Shown here piece after piece: positions 1-12,040 of a DNA stretch of 64,000 nucleotides. Position 1 is the first letter of the stretch. Each line of letters opens with the position of its first letter. The translations under genes and the position numbers were made by a program. Under the pieces are notes generated by a model, which saw nothing but the letters and a program-made list of their open reading frames with translations, ran no database searches and was not told where the DNA came from. Source of the DNA: Lama glama (Eukaryota); the NCBI GenBank assembly GCA_028534125.1, contig CM052816.1, positions 6,698,001 through 6,762,000 of the forward strand, written 5' to 3'.

Positions 1-914
1 GGGTTAAATAAGAAGAAAAAAAATCTAAAACCCATCTCAAAAAGCCAGAAATTATATCTCTTCTTTTGAAACATGGCTTCTATTTCTGCTTCATTCCTAT
101 GAGGTGAGGATGAACGACCTCAAGTCTCCCTTTTCTTAAATATTGCATCTTCCGTACATGGCTTTCAGCTGACCCTGTGATTGATCTGAGCTCCAGAAAA
201 CACCACTGCAGTGACAAGCCTCTTGTGCTTTCACAACTAGTAGCCTAAAGGAGCCAACGTCCTGTCTCAGATAAGAAGACTTAAGACCAGAGTGTGAAGG
301 TGATTTCTCAAAGTTATCATCAGGAGGACAGGGCCATATAATATGAAAACACATCCCTTCCCCCCTCCAAAAAAATGTGTGCCTGTGTGTGCATGCATAT
401 GCCTTAGAGTCAGAATGATAAATAGGTATCTGCCTGCCCAGCTCTGATCCACTGCTGCAGTGACTACCAGAATCACTGAGTAGGAAGAGCCTGGGAAGAC
501 ACATTTAGGAATTCCTCCTGCAGGAATAACTCTGGTGACTGATTACCAGTGTCTCCTTTGGTCACAGGAATGGCAACATATGTTTTGAGTATGTGTTGAG
601 GAATATAGCAAGATTCTGATTCAAAATAGCTAAGATCAGAGTTCCAAATATGTTAAGGGCAACAGGAAAGAAAATGGTAGAAAAACAGACATGCTGTATA
701 GCTGACTATCACCAGACAAGGCACAAGGCTGGTCCCCTTTCCTATACAGTAACTTATCCTACCACTCTGCCGTTCCTGTCCTCATCCTTTGAACCATCAA
801 GGCTTTGGGGAACTTCTAAAGTCCTGACAGAGAAGTTCCACTTCTTTCCCTGTTAGCTTGCCATTTATGTACTCACATGTTAATTATCAAGTAGCATCTT
901 AAGGATCAGGAACA

Positions 915-1068
915 CAGTGGTTCTCAAACTTTGTTACATGCTGCAATTACCTGGGGAGCTTTCAGAACCTCAAATGCCAAAGCCACATCCCAATTAAATT
1001 AGAATAGCTGTGAGAAGGGGCATCAGTAGCTTTAAAATGTCCTCAGCATCAAAGTTTGGGAACCACTG
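915..1068. mobile_element. MER5A-like hAT-Charlie non-autonomous DNA transposon
   Basis: Terminal inverted repeats CAGTGGTTCTCAAA ... TTTGGGAACCACTG with MER5-type internal sequence. Confidence 0.8.
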
Positions 1069-1247
1069 AGCTAAGAGCTAAGCAATGAAGAGTAGAGATG
1101 GTAACAGAAACACAAAAGTAACAGGTGGAGGTACCAGAACCAAAGTTCTGGCTGTTTACTCTATGCGGAGGGGGGGGGGCGCTCACTCAATTCTGCCAAA
1201 GTCAGATGAAGGGCCCCCATGTGAAGATGACAAAAAATCTCTTAGGA

Positions 1248-1729
1248 CCATGTAATACTTCTCAGCCATAAAAAAGAATAAAATAACACCATTTGCAGCA
1301 ACATGGATGGAACTATAGACCGTCATTCTAAGTGAAGTAAGCCAGAAGGAGAAAGAAAGATACCATATGATATCACTCATATGTGGAATCTAAAAAAAAA
1401 GAAGAGAAGAAAGGACACTATGAACTCATCTACAAAATAGAAACAGACTTGCAGATATAATAAACAATCATATGGTTACTTGGGAAAGGGAGTGGGAAGG
1501 GATAAATTTGGGAGTTTGAGATTTGTAAATGTTAGCCACTATATATAAAAATAGATCTTTTAAAAGTTGTATAGCACAGAGAATTATGTTCAATATCTTA
1601 TAATAACCTTTAATGAAAAAGAATATGAAAATGAATATATGTATGTATATGCATGACTGGGACAGTGTGCTGTATGCCAGAAATCGACACAACATTGTAA
1701 CTGACTGTACTTCAATTAAAAAAAAAAAA
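1248..1729 (+). mobile_element. 5'-truncated L1: end of ORF2 plus 3'UTR and poly(A)
   Basis: CCATTTGCAGCAACATGGATGGAACTA...ATTCTAAGTGAAGTAAGCCAG motif; 3'UTR ends GACTGTACTTCAATT then an A-run. Confidence 0.9.
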
Positions 1730-1737
1730 GATTTCTA

Positions 1738-2079
1738 GGAGAAAATTTTTGCAAACGAGAAAATAACAAAGGCTTGATCTCCAGCATATATAAGCAGCTC
1801 ATACAACATAATAAAAAAACAACCCAATCCAAAAATGGGCAGAAGACTAAACAAGCAATTCTCCAAGGAAGAAATACAAATGATCAATAGGCACATGAAA
1901 AAATGCTCAGTATCACTAATTATCAGAGAAATGCAAATCAAAACTACAATGAAGTATCACCTCACACCAGTCAGAATGGCAATTATTCAAAAGTCCACTA
2001 ATGATAAATGTTGGAGAGGGTGTGGAGAAAGGGGAACCCTCCTTCACTGCTGGTGGGAATGCAGTTTGGTGCAGCCACT
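1738..2079 (+). mobile_element. L1 ORF2 C-terminal region running into an assembly gap
   Basis: Translation ...[70 protein letters not shown] is the L1 ORF2 C-terminal cysteine-rich domain. Confidence 0.95.
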
Positions 2080-2579
2080 NNNNNNNNNNNNNNNNNNNNN
2101 NNNNNNNNNNNNNNNNNNNNNNNNNNNNNNNNNNNNNNNNNNNNNNNNNNNNNNNNNNNNNNNNNNNNNNNNNNNNNNNNNNNNNNNNNNNNNNNNNNNN
2201 NNNNNNNNNNNNNNNNNNNNNNNNNNNNNNNNNNNNNNNNNNNNNNNNNNNNNNNNNNNNNNNNNNNNNNNNNNNNNNNNNNNNNNNNNNNNNNNNNNNN
2301 NNNNNNNNNNNNNNNNNNNNNNNNNNNNNNNNNNNNNNNNNNNNNNNNNNNNNNNNNNNNNNNNNNNNNNNNNNNNNNNNNNNNNNNNNNNNNNNNNNNN
2401 NNNNNNNNNNNNNNNNNNNNNNNNNNNNNNNNNNNNNNNNNNNNNNNNNNNNNNNNNNNNNNNNNNNNNNNNNNNNNNNNNNNNNNNNNNNNNNNNNNNN
2501 NNNNNNNNNNNNNNNNNNNNNNNNNNNNNNNNNNNNNNNNNNNNNNNNNNNNNNNNNNNNNNNNNNNNNNNNNNNNNNN
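2080..2579. other. Assembly gap (exactly 500 N)
   Basis: Run of N. Confidence 1.
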
Positions 2580-2995
2580 ACTTCCAGGACTATGTTGAAT
2601 AGGAGTGGTGATAGTGGGCATCCTTGTCTTGTCCCAGATTTTAGTGGGATGCTTTTGAGTTTTTCACCGTTGAGAACTATGCTGGCTGTAGGTTTGTCAT
2701 ATAGAGCTTTTATTATGTTGAGATATGTTCCCTCTATACCCACTTTGGCAAGAGTTTTTATCATAAATGGGTGTTGAATTTTATCAAATGCTTTTTCTGC
2801 ATCGATTGAGATGATCATGTGGTTTTTGTCCTTTCTCTTGTTGATGTGATGTATTACATTGATTGATTTGCGTATGTTGAACCAGCCTTGTGTCCCTGGG
2901 ATGAACCCCACCTGGTCATGATGTATAATCTTTTTTATGTGTTGTTGGATTCTATTTGCTAAAATTTTGGTGAGGATTTTGGCGTCTATGTTCAT
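2580..2995 (-). mobile_element. L1 ORF2 reverse-transcriptase fragment (young, frame intact)
   Basis: [50 protein letters not shown]...[14 protein letters not shown]...[18 protein letters not shown] are canonical L1 RT motifs. Confidence 0.97.
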
Positions 2996-3904
2996 CCCTT
3001 CAGACTTTTTGTTAAGTGAGATGTTTAAAGTTTGTATTGCTTAAATATGCTGTTCCTTGTGACTTGAGTCATCCTCATACCCATTGGAAGATAATGGGTT
3101 TAATGGCCTTGAAGAAATGCAAGCAGAACTTGGAGGCCTACTTATCAGGAATATAGTAGCATAGGCCCAGGCTTTAGAAGGGGCTTTACTAGAGGACAGT
3201 TAAGGTCACTTCTAGCCCTAACTGTCTATGATTGTCTTCATGCCCCTCTCCAACCTCGGCACAAGTCAGTCTGTGTGACCCCCTAAGTCTGTATTGAGCC
3301 AGGCTGGCAGCCGCAGTTGACATTCTCTGAGTCATCTGTAGTGTCAGGCCCTTGTCAAAAGGCAGAGGCTGTGATGTCACAGTTCCTCCAATGACACAGC
3401 ATCAGGGGACAGCCAGAAATAGACATGTGGAAGCCCTTGCCACTGGCGCTCTCTTGTACTCTGACACAAGTCACATTTCTCTTAGCTCAGGCGCCAGACT
3501 GCTGGAGAATTGGAGAACCAAAATAGACCGGACGTCTAGTCACCCTCCTAGAATTCCCCATCTGCTCTGACGAAGTTCTGGGGACACCCAAGGTGAAACT
3601 CGCCTAGCAGAACATTAAGAAAGTGATAGAGATTTAGCTGGGCTTCTGTTCCTAATCACAGTGGGCCACTCACAGAGGAAGGCACTGAGAAAATGTCATG
3701 AGTCAGCTTTGTCCTCAGTGCCTTCCTGAGAGCTGAGGTTGGGACGTGTTGGATACTACGGTCTATTTCCTCTCTGGCATCTTGGTGCTGCAGACGGTTG
3801 GTGGCTGCTGAATGTAGCAGCCAGACCCTTTCCATGCCAGCCTGATAGAATGCAACGAAGCCGGAGATTCCTGGCACTTCTGCTTGGAAACAGCTTTTAC
3901 ATAA

Positions 3905-4433
3905 TGTTGTGGACACAACGACAGGCTGGTGACGGTGACACACGGGTTGGTAAAGAATTATCAGAGACTGAAAAAAGTTTAGGGAAGTTTAATAGGGATG
4001 CTGCTAGAGGCAGCAGCAGGCCGGCCGCACAGGTGAGAGGTGCCTGCTTGAGCACCAAGGGTGGACCTGCAGGGTCTTTTACTGGGGGGAGGGGCTGTGC
4101 ACACAAGGAGTAGGGGCTTCCTGATCAGTTCATGCAGATACCTGATAGGTTGTCAGATCTGTCAGGGACTTCTCTGAACAATAGGTTTTACCACTTTGAT
4201 AAGGGCAGGATATGAGACCTGTCCCCTAGGGTATTGTGAGCCTAGCTATCTCCTGGGGTGATGAGTTTTGTCAGGGTAAACACACATCAAGAGATGTTTT
4301 TATCTTGCAGAAATGCAGGTATGCGGAGGGCCCTGTGGTGGGGAGTGGAGGTTAAGGTGTCACTGGCTCCAGGCACACAAAGAGCCCAGGGGTAGGGGTT
4401 TCATGACTCCAGAGAGTACCAGCCAGCTGCACA
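3905..4433 (-). mobile_element. Solo ERV LTR (~530 bp, family not identified)
   Basis: TG...CA termini; 5-bp flanking direct repeat CATAA/CATAG; minus-strand ATTAAA (~3988-3993) with a TATA-like GTAAAAAG upstream; locally retained CpGs. Confidence 0.7.
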
Positions 4434-4984
4434 CATAGTATCAATTATCATGGCAGCAGATACTTGCTGGGATTTTAGGGGATCAGTAAATAGTGTATCT
4501 ACCTTCTTCCCTAAGTCTAAGCCAATTCAGAGATGGATGTGAGAATCAGGAAAATGGATGTCAGATGTCAGCTTTGTTATTGATGAAAGTTAGGCTGGAG
4601 GATTTGGTGTAGGGATGAGGGAACAGTGAATGTCCTAATACTGCGTCCCAGAAAAGAACATTCTCAGACCAGGACAAGACATGCAATCACAGAACTCCCC
4701 TTACAGGGTGGGAATCTCCTTTGTAGAGCCTAATGCATGACTAAGAGCAGACTCCAAAGTACGTTTCCAAATGCACATTCTCATAAGTCTCCTCTCCCTT
4801 GAGAAGTATGAGTAAAAGTGGGAAAAAAGGCCAGGCGTGTTAGTCTAGCTGAAGTCCCTGCCCATGGAAACAAGCTGAGTGAGAAAATAAGTGTTTCTCC
4901 CAACCATACTGGCCGAGTCTTTAATATTTTCTAGGTCCCGTACCAAGTACCTGTATTGACTGTACAGTTTCATTCCCTTTCCAA

Positions 4985-5150
4985 CCTTATGAGTCAAGTA
5001 CTAGTATTATCTTCATCTTACAAATGAAGAAACTGAGGCCCAGAAAGACGGAACTTGGCTGAGGTGATACACCCAGTATGTGGTGAGATGGAACCCAGAT
5101 GGAGGTGTATATGAGGCCAGAACCAGTCTTGTACGCACCATGCTGTAGAA
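4985..5150 (-). mobile_element. MIR SINE
   Basis: Core motif CTTACAAATGAAGAAACTGAGGCCCAGA. Confidence 0.8.
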
Positions 5151-5874
5151 CATCCTTGTCAGGACTGTGCACTGTAGCTGGGGTGCCATGAAGAGATGGA
5201 AGAACATTGGGTCCTTGATAGGGTTCTTGGGCTCTGGTCCAGGCTCTGCCACTTAGCCTCCACAGCTACGGTGCCTTCATCTGCAAAATAGGGCTTGTGA
5301 TGGTGCCTTTTCTGAGAAGCTCAGGAAGTCCCAGTGAGGGTCAAGTCAGCTCACGGGCATTACAGTGTTCTGTAACTGGCAGGTCCAGGGCACAGATGTG
5401 CATTTGGGAGTAGGGAGCTCTGAGTTCCGTTTCTGTCTCCCCTGATAACTTCCTCAGTGATGTGGTCCAGCTTCTAGACTTTGCCCTGGTAAAGTGAGAG
5501 CACTAGTCCTTGACTTAAGCAACCACTCCAAGGTGTCGTGATCCTTAAGGGGGTAAGGTTAAGACGGTGCTTTCCTTGTGTACTGTAGATATGCAGGAAA
5601 AGGATGAGGACTGTGATTTTCTTGAGATGTGGTGTTGAGGGCAGTTTATTTTTTGTGATAAAATGACTTTTTAGACTCCCATTGACTCATTTATCTAAAA
5701 AATTTAAATGTTGGTAAATTTGGCTTTGCATCTCAGCAGTTTTATTATTGAAAGTAAAATCCTAAAAAATCTTTAGCTTATTCAGATAATTCAACTCAGA
5801 AGCATAAACAAAGTATCAGTTTTGTACTCAGCCTTATTTGATAAGAGGAATAAAATGAAAATATAAACATGCAT

Positions 5875-6105
5875 ATGGCACTTACCTGTTTATTACTGTT
5901 CTAAATACTTCAAGTATATTCATTTATTTAATGTTCACAATAACCCTGTTGAAGGCATATTATTATTTCTGTTTTATAGGTAGGGAGTGGGGGAAACAGA
6001 GCCTCAGAGAGGTGAAGTCTCGTGCCCAGGATCTCACAGATCGTAAGCAGCAGAACCAGGGTTTGAACCTAAGCAGTGCAGCTTCAGAATCTGCTGTCTT
6101 CACAA
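5875..6105 (-). mobile_element. MIR SINE
   Basis: CATTTATTTAATGTTCACAATAACCCTG...GGAAACAGAGCCTCAGAGAGGTGAAGT...GGTTTGAACCTAAGCAGT. Confidence 0.8.
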
Positions 6106-7348
6106 TTAGAACAGGACTTAGAAAGCTTAGTCCCTGCCTTCAAATAGCTTGCCGAACACTTTACAAACCAGTTGAGAGGCAAGAGTTGCACAGGTAATAA
6201 ATAAATTAGAAAGTGATACCAAGCACTGTTGTATTGAACTATATGTCAGATGATGCTGTCTGAACTACAAGTTCAGAGTAGAACAAGGTTATAGATGTGA
6301 TATGGGAGAGGTGGTACCTGCCCCGTGCCTTTGGGCAGTAGGATTTGAATAGGTAGGTGAAATGATAGGACCATCTCAGCCTAATGGGTCATTACTTGAG
6401 AAAGCATTGGCTAAAAATAATTACTAAACAAAGAAATGTATCATACAAAGAGAATGATTCTAGGAGTAAACAGATCACTATATCCTAGACCACTTGCTAA
6501 TCTATGGGCTTCAGTGTGCTTCCTCTGTAAGATGCAGATAGTAATTCCAGTGTTTCCTTTCTTACAAAGTAAAACTCATTTTGAAAATCAAAAGGTACCA
6601 TATACATGTACAATGGGATAATATTTTTAAAATAGTTTATGTTTTTTGTCTTCCTGACTACAGGGGCTTTGCCCTAGTTGGCTGGAGCAGTCTGTTGTCT
6701 AGAGAAAAGGGGGACGAGATTAGGAGCACAAGAGGAGGGACACAGACCAAAAGGAACATCCATCAAAGCAGGCCGTGGTCTTGAGAGGGGGCCCGCCTGA
6801 AGCCCTTTAGCTGCCTGTTTGGCATATATCAAGAGCAGACTTTAAGGGATGTCTGCCCCTGAAGCCGGGTGGAAGAGCTTTCCCTTTTCTGGCTTCACAT
6901 TTAGTGGGAAACAGAAGAAAGAGAGCAGGGAGTGAGAGAGCCGAGCACAGAGACAGGGCTCTTAAGTTTCTCACTCCTGGCTGGCTTTGGCCTGGGAAGC
7001 AGGAGGCTCTCAGGGAAACCGTGGTGACACTGACTGTAGATTTGCTTCTTCACCAGCCAGGGCACAAGACAGACCTGCCAGACCTGCATGGTGTAGGATG
7101 GTCCCAAGAACGCCTGAGAGTGTGTTTGGGGATCTTGCCAGTGTGGGCTACGGTGGTTGGGACAAGCTGGCCCTGCAGTGAAGACTGCAGGTAGACTCGC
7201 AGGGTGGGGAGAGTGGGGATCCGTCCAAACCTTAGAGAAGGTGCTAGCAGTAGGGCAGGCGAAGCCCAGGTAGCCAGGGGCCCCCAGTCTGTTTCTGGTT
7301 GAGGAAAAAGAGCAAACTAGAAGCAGTGTCCTGCTGGCGTCTCCTTCT

Positions 7349-7358
7349 GTCACGTGAC
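7349..7358. promoter_or_regulatory. Palindromic GTCACGTGAC (CLEAR/USF/MiT-TFE type E-box) in GC-rich unique sequence
   Basis: Exact 10-bp palindrome with its CpG retained in an otherwise CpG-depleted region. Confidence 0.4.
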
Positions 7359-8076
7359 CAGAGGGGCAGGCAGACACCAGGTGGGCAAGGGGTGTGAACT
7401 CTGGACCACAGCGGGCAGGAGAGCATCTTTCTCCCTACATCTCACTGCAAACTATGGTAAACCACATATCCTTCTCTCTCTCCTCGTTTTCCTCATACCC
7501 AGAATTCCTCTTGCTGGAGAAGCAGGGAGAGCTTCTTTGAAAAATTAAAGCAGTTTTTTATCCTGGGGAGACTCATACTACCTAAAGTGACTATTTAGAG
7601 AATAAAAGCAGACAGAATTTAAACTAGATTGATCGTTTTGTTTATTTTTCTGCTGTCAGATTTCATTTGTTCTAGACAAAAGTTCAGTTATGAACAAAAT
7701 AAATTCATTTTCTGTCTTCATCCAAATTGAAGAGTGAACAAAAATGTGTGATCCTATTACATATAATGGTGTTGTTGTTAAACAATTCTGACTGAAAGTA
7801 ACACATCTAAATATTGAATTTTTAAATATTTAAGCAACATTAACCTTTAGCTGAAACAAGATAATATGTGTAAAAGTTTCTGGCACATATTAAGTGTTAG
7901 GTGAATATTAATTGCTTTAATGTTCTTTGGGGACAAGGTAAGGAAACATAACAACGATGTTCTTTGTATCACATCTCTTGCTTCTGCATTTAGAGACTGA
8001 ATGTGGGTCAAGATGGACCCAGAAATGCATCACTGCTTTTCCTTTGAGTGATGATAGGAGGAACTGTGTTTCAGAG

Positions 8077-8210
8077 CAGAGATTCCCAAACCCAGTCCTG
8101 CATGAGAATCATCTAGGCAGCTTATTTAAAAACATAGATTATTTCTCCTCTGTTTCCCCTTGTGCTTATGATTCAGTATTTCTGGAGAGGTACCAAGGCA
8201 TCCTTTGAAC
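8077..8210. mobile_element. MER5-like hAT element (degraded)
   Basis: CAGAGATTCCCAAACC...GAATCATCTAGGCAGCTTATTTAAAAACATAGATT. Confidence 0.6.
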
Positions 8211-9284
8211 ACCACTAGAAGTCTGTTCAGACAGCATTGTGAATACCAGGGGGCACTGGGTACCTCCTCAGTTATTTCTTTACCTCTTTGATTGTTGTTG
8301 ACTCTCACACACTCACGTATGGGTAGAGAAAGTCTTATGTGATCGTTTTACAGTTCTGTCTTTGTCTAACCAGCTCAGCCTCTGTCAATTCCCTAAATTC
8401 CAAAACAAAACAAACGTAAGGGATGATGAGGTTTTTGCTGGGCCTGATCAGAGAAAATGCCTTCTCTTCTCTGCTTCAGCAGAACTCAGAGTCTCCATGC
8501 TAAGAGCAGAGATTAAGAGTGAAGGGAAATCTTCACTCTGGACAGAACCGTTTCCTTGTTTCTTCTCCTTTTATCCTTGTTTTGATGTCCCAGAAATACA
8601 TTGTTCCTATCAACTCTCAAATAGGACTTTCACTGCAGTATAAACTGCATAGCAGACAAGGTATGTGCTAGAATTCTTATCAGAAAATCTTCTCTCTTTG
8701 GGGTCTGAGCACTTTCTCCCACCTCTGCCTCCACTCTTAGGGTGCTGTTGCCTTACTGTGGCCTCCCCAGCACTTTCTGAGTCATTATTTTCTGTTGGTC
8801 ACCTGACCAAAACTAATGCCCTGGCTGAAGCTGGCATGAGGCCACTGTGCTGAACATAATCGTTCCAGTAAAAAAACATGGCTGATTAGCATAGAAATCT
8901 CCATAAGCCTTTCTATTCTAATTTTGCTGTTAGGATTCTGGCCCCTCTCAGAGGTCATGCTAACCTAGTTAAGGCTCTTGGAGAAAATACTGTCATTCCA
9001 GCTCATTGCATTTGCTTTAAAATATATTGTCCTTCAGCTGACTTGCTAACCAGCAACTTATCATCTGCAACTTTGTGCAAAACCTGAACTGCAGGGCATC
9101 ATCCGTAATTTAAGCTGGAATCTGGGAAGCTTGGTGAAAATATATGATAAGCACCAAGACATTAAGGTCCTTAAAGTTCTAGCAGTGCACTCTTCAATCT
9201 GGATAAAGTGGAAGGATTTTGATGGAACGTGAAGGATGCTAACTGCTGAAGTCCCTCCAGTGCTGCTTCCCATGGAGACAGTAT

Positions 9285-9570
9285 TGTATTGTGAGAGCAT
9301 GAATGTCATAGTCAGACTTCCTAGTTGAAATTCTTGTTCTACTATGAACAAAGTCTGGGGATCTGGGCAGGTCACTTAGCTTTTTTGTGTGTCACAGGGT
9401 ATATTTCTATAAAACAGGAGTGATAATAAAATAGTGCACATCTCACTGGGTTACCATGAGGCTTAAATGAGATCATTGCTACAGAGTAATATATGACATA
9501 TGCTCAATCAATGTTAGCTATTATTGTTATTTAGCTATTATGTATGCTCAATGGATATTAGCTATTTTTA
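9285..9570 (+). mobile_element. MIR SINE (tail locally duplicated)
   Basis: CTGGGCAGGTCACTTAGC...GAGGCTTAAATGAGAT...ATGCTCAATCAATGTTAGCTATTATT. Confidence 0.75.
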
Positions 9571-9926
9571 TTAATAACAGTAACACAACTACAGAAAAAT
9601 TAATCCTTCATGTGTCTCATTGATATGATTCTTAAACAACTATTTGAGAAAAGATGTCTAGGTGCTGAGACTACAACAATAAATGAGAAGGGATGATTTC
9701 TACCTCTGCAAAGATTACATTCAGGAGAGACAGTCTGGAAGTTAATAACTTATGAATCACTGCAGGTTCAAGAAGAGGGTAGGAGATCACTTTTCAAGGA
9801 TGGTATAAATTTGTTTTTATTGGTTGGGAGGTTGTAAATTGCTTAGAATAATACCTGATGCCATGTAATAAGCCTGTAATAGTTTTATTTATATTACTGT
9901 TGTATTAATATAATTTCCACCTGTAC

Positions 9927-10358
9927 TTTAATTATTTTTTTAATGTTTTAGATCTATTTTTTAAATTTTGTGTATATATATTTATTGAAGTATGGTCAGT
10001 TTACAATGTTGTGTCAATTTCTGGTGTACAGTATAATGTTTCAGTCATACATCCACATACATATGTTTGTTTCCATATTCTTTTTCACAAGTTACTACAA
10101 GATATTGAATATAGTTCCCTGTGCTGTACAGTGTGAACTTGTTGTTTATCTATTTTGTATATATTAGTATCCACAAATCTCGAACTCCCAGTTTATCCCT
10201 TCCCACCCCTGGTAACCATAAGTTTGTTTTCTATGTCTGTTTCTGTTTTGTAAATAAGTTTGTCTTTTTTTTTTTTTAAAGATTCCACATATAGGCAGTA
10301 TCATATGGTATTTTTCTTTCTCTTTCTGGCTTACTTCACTTAGATCAATGATCTCTAG
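9927..10358 (-). mobile_element. L1 3' end forming the 3' half of a U6/L1 chimera
   Basis: T-rich tail, then TTGAAGTATGGTCAGTTTACAATGTTGTGTCAATTTCTGG...TTCTGGCTTACTTCACTTAG; homologous to the L1 3'UTR at 1248-1729. Confidence 0.92.
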
Positions 10359-10467
10359 AAAAAAATGTGGAATGCTTCACGAATTTGCGTGTCATCCTTG
10401 CACAGAGGCCATGTTCACCTTCTCTGTATTGTTCCGATTTTAGTACATATGCTGCTGAAGTGAGAAC
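10359..10467 (-). pseudogene. RNU6: Full-length U6 snRNA retrocopy fused to an L1 3' end
   Basis: Reverse complement GTTCTCACTTCAGCAGCATATGTACTAAAATCGGAACAATACAGAGAAGGTGAACATGGCCTCTGTGCAAGGATGACACGCAAATTCGTGAAGCATTCCACATTTTTTT aligns end to end with U6, including the ACAGAGA box; many differences are CpG transitions; no upstream U6 promoter evident. Confidence 0.97.
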
Positions 10468-10799
10468 TATGCTTGTATTATCTTCAAACTTTATGACAAG
10501 TTACTGATGAGGAAATCAAAGCTTAGAAAGGATTAAGTAACCTCCCCACTGTCACATAACTTTTATGTGATAGAACCACAATTTAAACCAACTTCTTGGC
10601 TCTTTGGGAATTCTTGTTTGCTTGATTTGACATGTCATAGCCTGTGTCTCTCAAAGCAATTGCAGAGCTATAAAAAGTCTATTTTTTCATTGTTTGACTT
10701 GTATATTCCAAATCATTCTCTTCTTTTAGGGGAGCACTGGACCTGTCAAATGTTTAGTGATGGGTAGTGAGCTTTTGAAGTTCCTCGGTTATAACATGT

Positions 10800-11149
10800 T
10801 GCAATGGACTGAATGTTTGTGTCCTCCTCAAGTTCATACATTGCACTCCTAACCTTCAATGTGATGGTGTTTGAATGTGTAGGGCTGTTGGGAAGTGATT
10901 AGGTTATGAGGGTGAAGCCCTATTGAATGGGATTCGTGTCCTTACGGGAAAAAAAACCCAGAACACTCCCTTGCCCTTTCTGCTATGTGAGGTTACAGCA
11001 AGAAGACAGCCATCTAGGAACCAGGATGTGGACTCTCATCACACATTGAAGTTACTGGTGCCTTGATCTTGGCCTGTGGGAATTAAACGTTTGTTGCTTA
11101 AGCAACCCAGTCTATGGATTTTTGTTATAGCAGCTTGAACAAACAGACA
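10800..11149 (+). mobile_element. MLT1A-type solo LTR (ERVL-MaLR)
   Basis: TGCAATGGACTGAATGTTTGTGTCC...TTTGTTATAGCAGCTTGAACAAACAGACA; TSD CATGT/CATAT. Confidence 0.88.
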
Positions 11150-11494
11150 CATATCTTTGTAGGGAAGGAGGCCACAACATTTGGTTCCTAGGAATTCCCT
11201 ATGGTTTGAGCTCTCACTCATTAGTTCATGACCTTGAAAGTGTATCTACCTCACTACCACATTTTAGGCAAGACTGTATCTCATCCTTTCTCAAGAAAGT
11301 AATTAATTTAAAGATATTCTTGCAGATAAAGAGAATCTGTACTCTCCCTTTATGACCTTTAAATAAAGTTAGATGAAAAAAATCAGAGTTGAAAGAAACT
11401 GTTAAGGTCTTTTAAACCAATTTCTCCAGTTTTTATTTGCAGTAGAGACCCAGGGAAGGGATGGGAATTGCCAAAGTTTACTTGATTAACTACT

Positions 11495-11710
11495 GTACAG
11501 CATGGTAGCTCAGAGTGTGGGCTCTGGAGCCAGGTGGCCTGGGTTTGAGCTCCAATTCTGCTACCTCCTCGCTGTGTAAACCTCTTTGTAAAATGGTGGT
11601 AATACTTCATAAGGTTGTTGTGAGGAATAATTGAGTTACTATACGTAAAACACTTGAAACAGAGGCTGGCTCATAGGAGACTATATATAAGTGTTTACTA
11701 TTTTTGTTGT
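11495..11710 (+). mobile_element. MIR SINE
   Basis: GGCTCTGGAGCCAGGTGGCCTGGGTTTGAGCTCC...AAGGTTGTTGTGAGGAATAATTGAG. Confidence 0.85.
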
Positions 11711-12040
11711 TATTGGCAGCACTAGAATTTGAGTCCAGATGGCTTAACTCCCTGCCTAGTGCATTTTTCATTTTCTTGACTTCTCTTCCATCATGATCTT
11801 CTTTGTATCTAGCTGAGGTTCACCTTGCTTTAGTTTGACCCACTGTTCTATTCTCAGTCTGCATGTATGTGTAGTCCTTATGGATAAAACCTTCACATGT
11901 TAGGATCATGGGACTCTGGGGTCATATAGACCTGGGATTGAATTCCATCTTTACCCCATAACCGCATTAGTTAGCCTCCTTGTGCCTCTCATTTTTCCTT
12001 TGTAGACTGGAGTTAAAGAAGGATACCTACCAAAGCACCT

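Noticed and set aside
1835..2777. Long ORFs (196-258 aa) in the ORF track, and similar ones at 26871-27575 and 61656-62372
   Set aside because: Their length comes from translating through N gaps; the real residues are L1 fragments or noise.
6901..7377. 158-aa minus-strand ORF; likewise 40797-41267 (156 aa) and 42730-42987 (85 aa)
   Set aside because: No recognisable homology, random-looking composition and no consistent splice structure.
7355..7390. CTCF-like motifs GACCAGAGGGGCAG and CACCAGGTGGGCA
   Set aside because: An extra G displaces the invariant GGC of the core, giving a poor match.
10359..10467. Functional U6 gene
   Set aside because: It has multiple substitutions including CpG decay, is fused to L1 and has no upstream PSE/TATA context, so it is a retrocopy.
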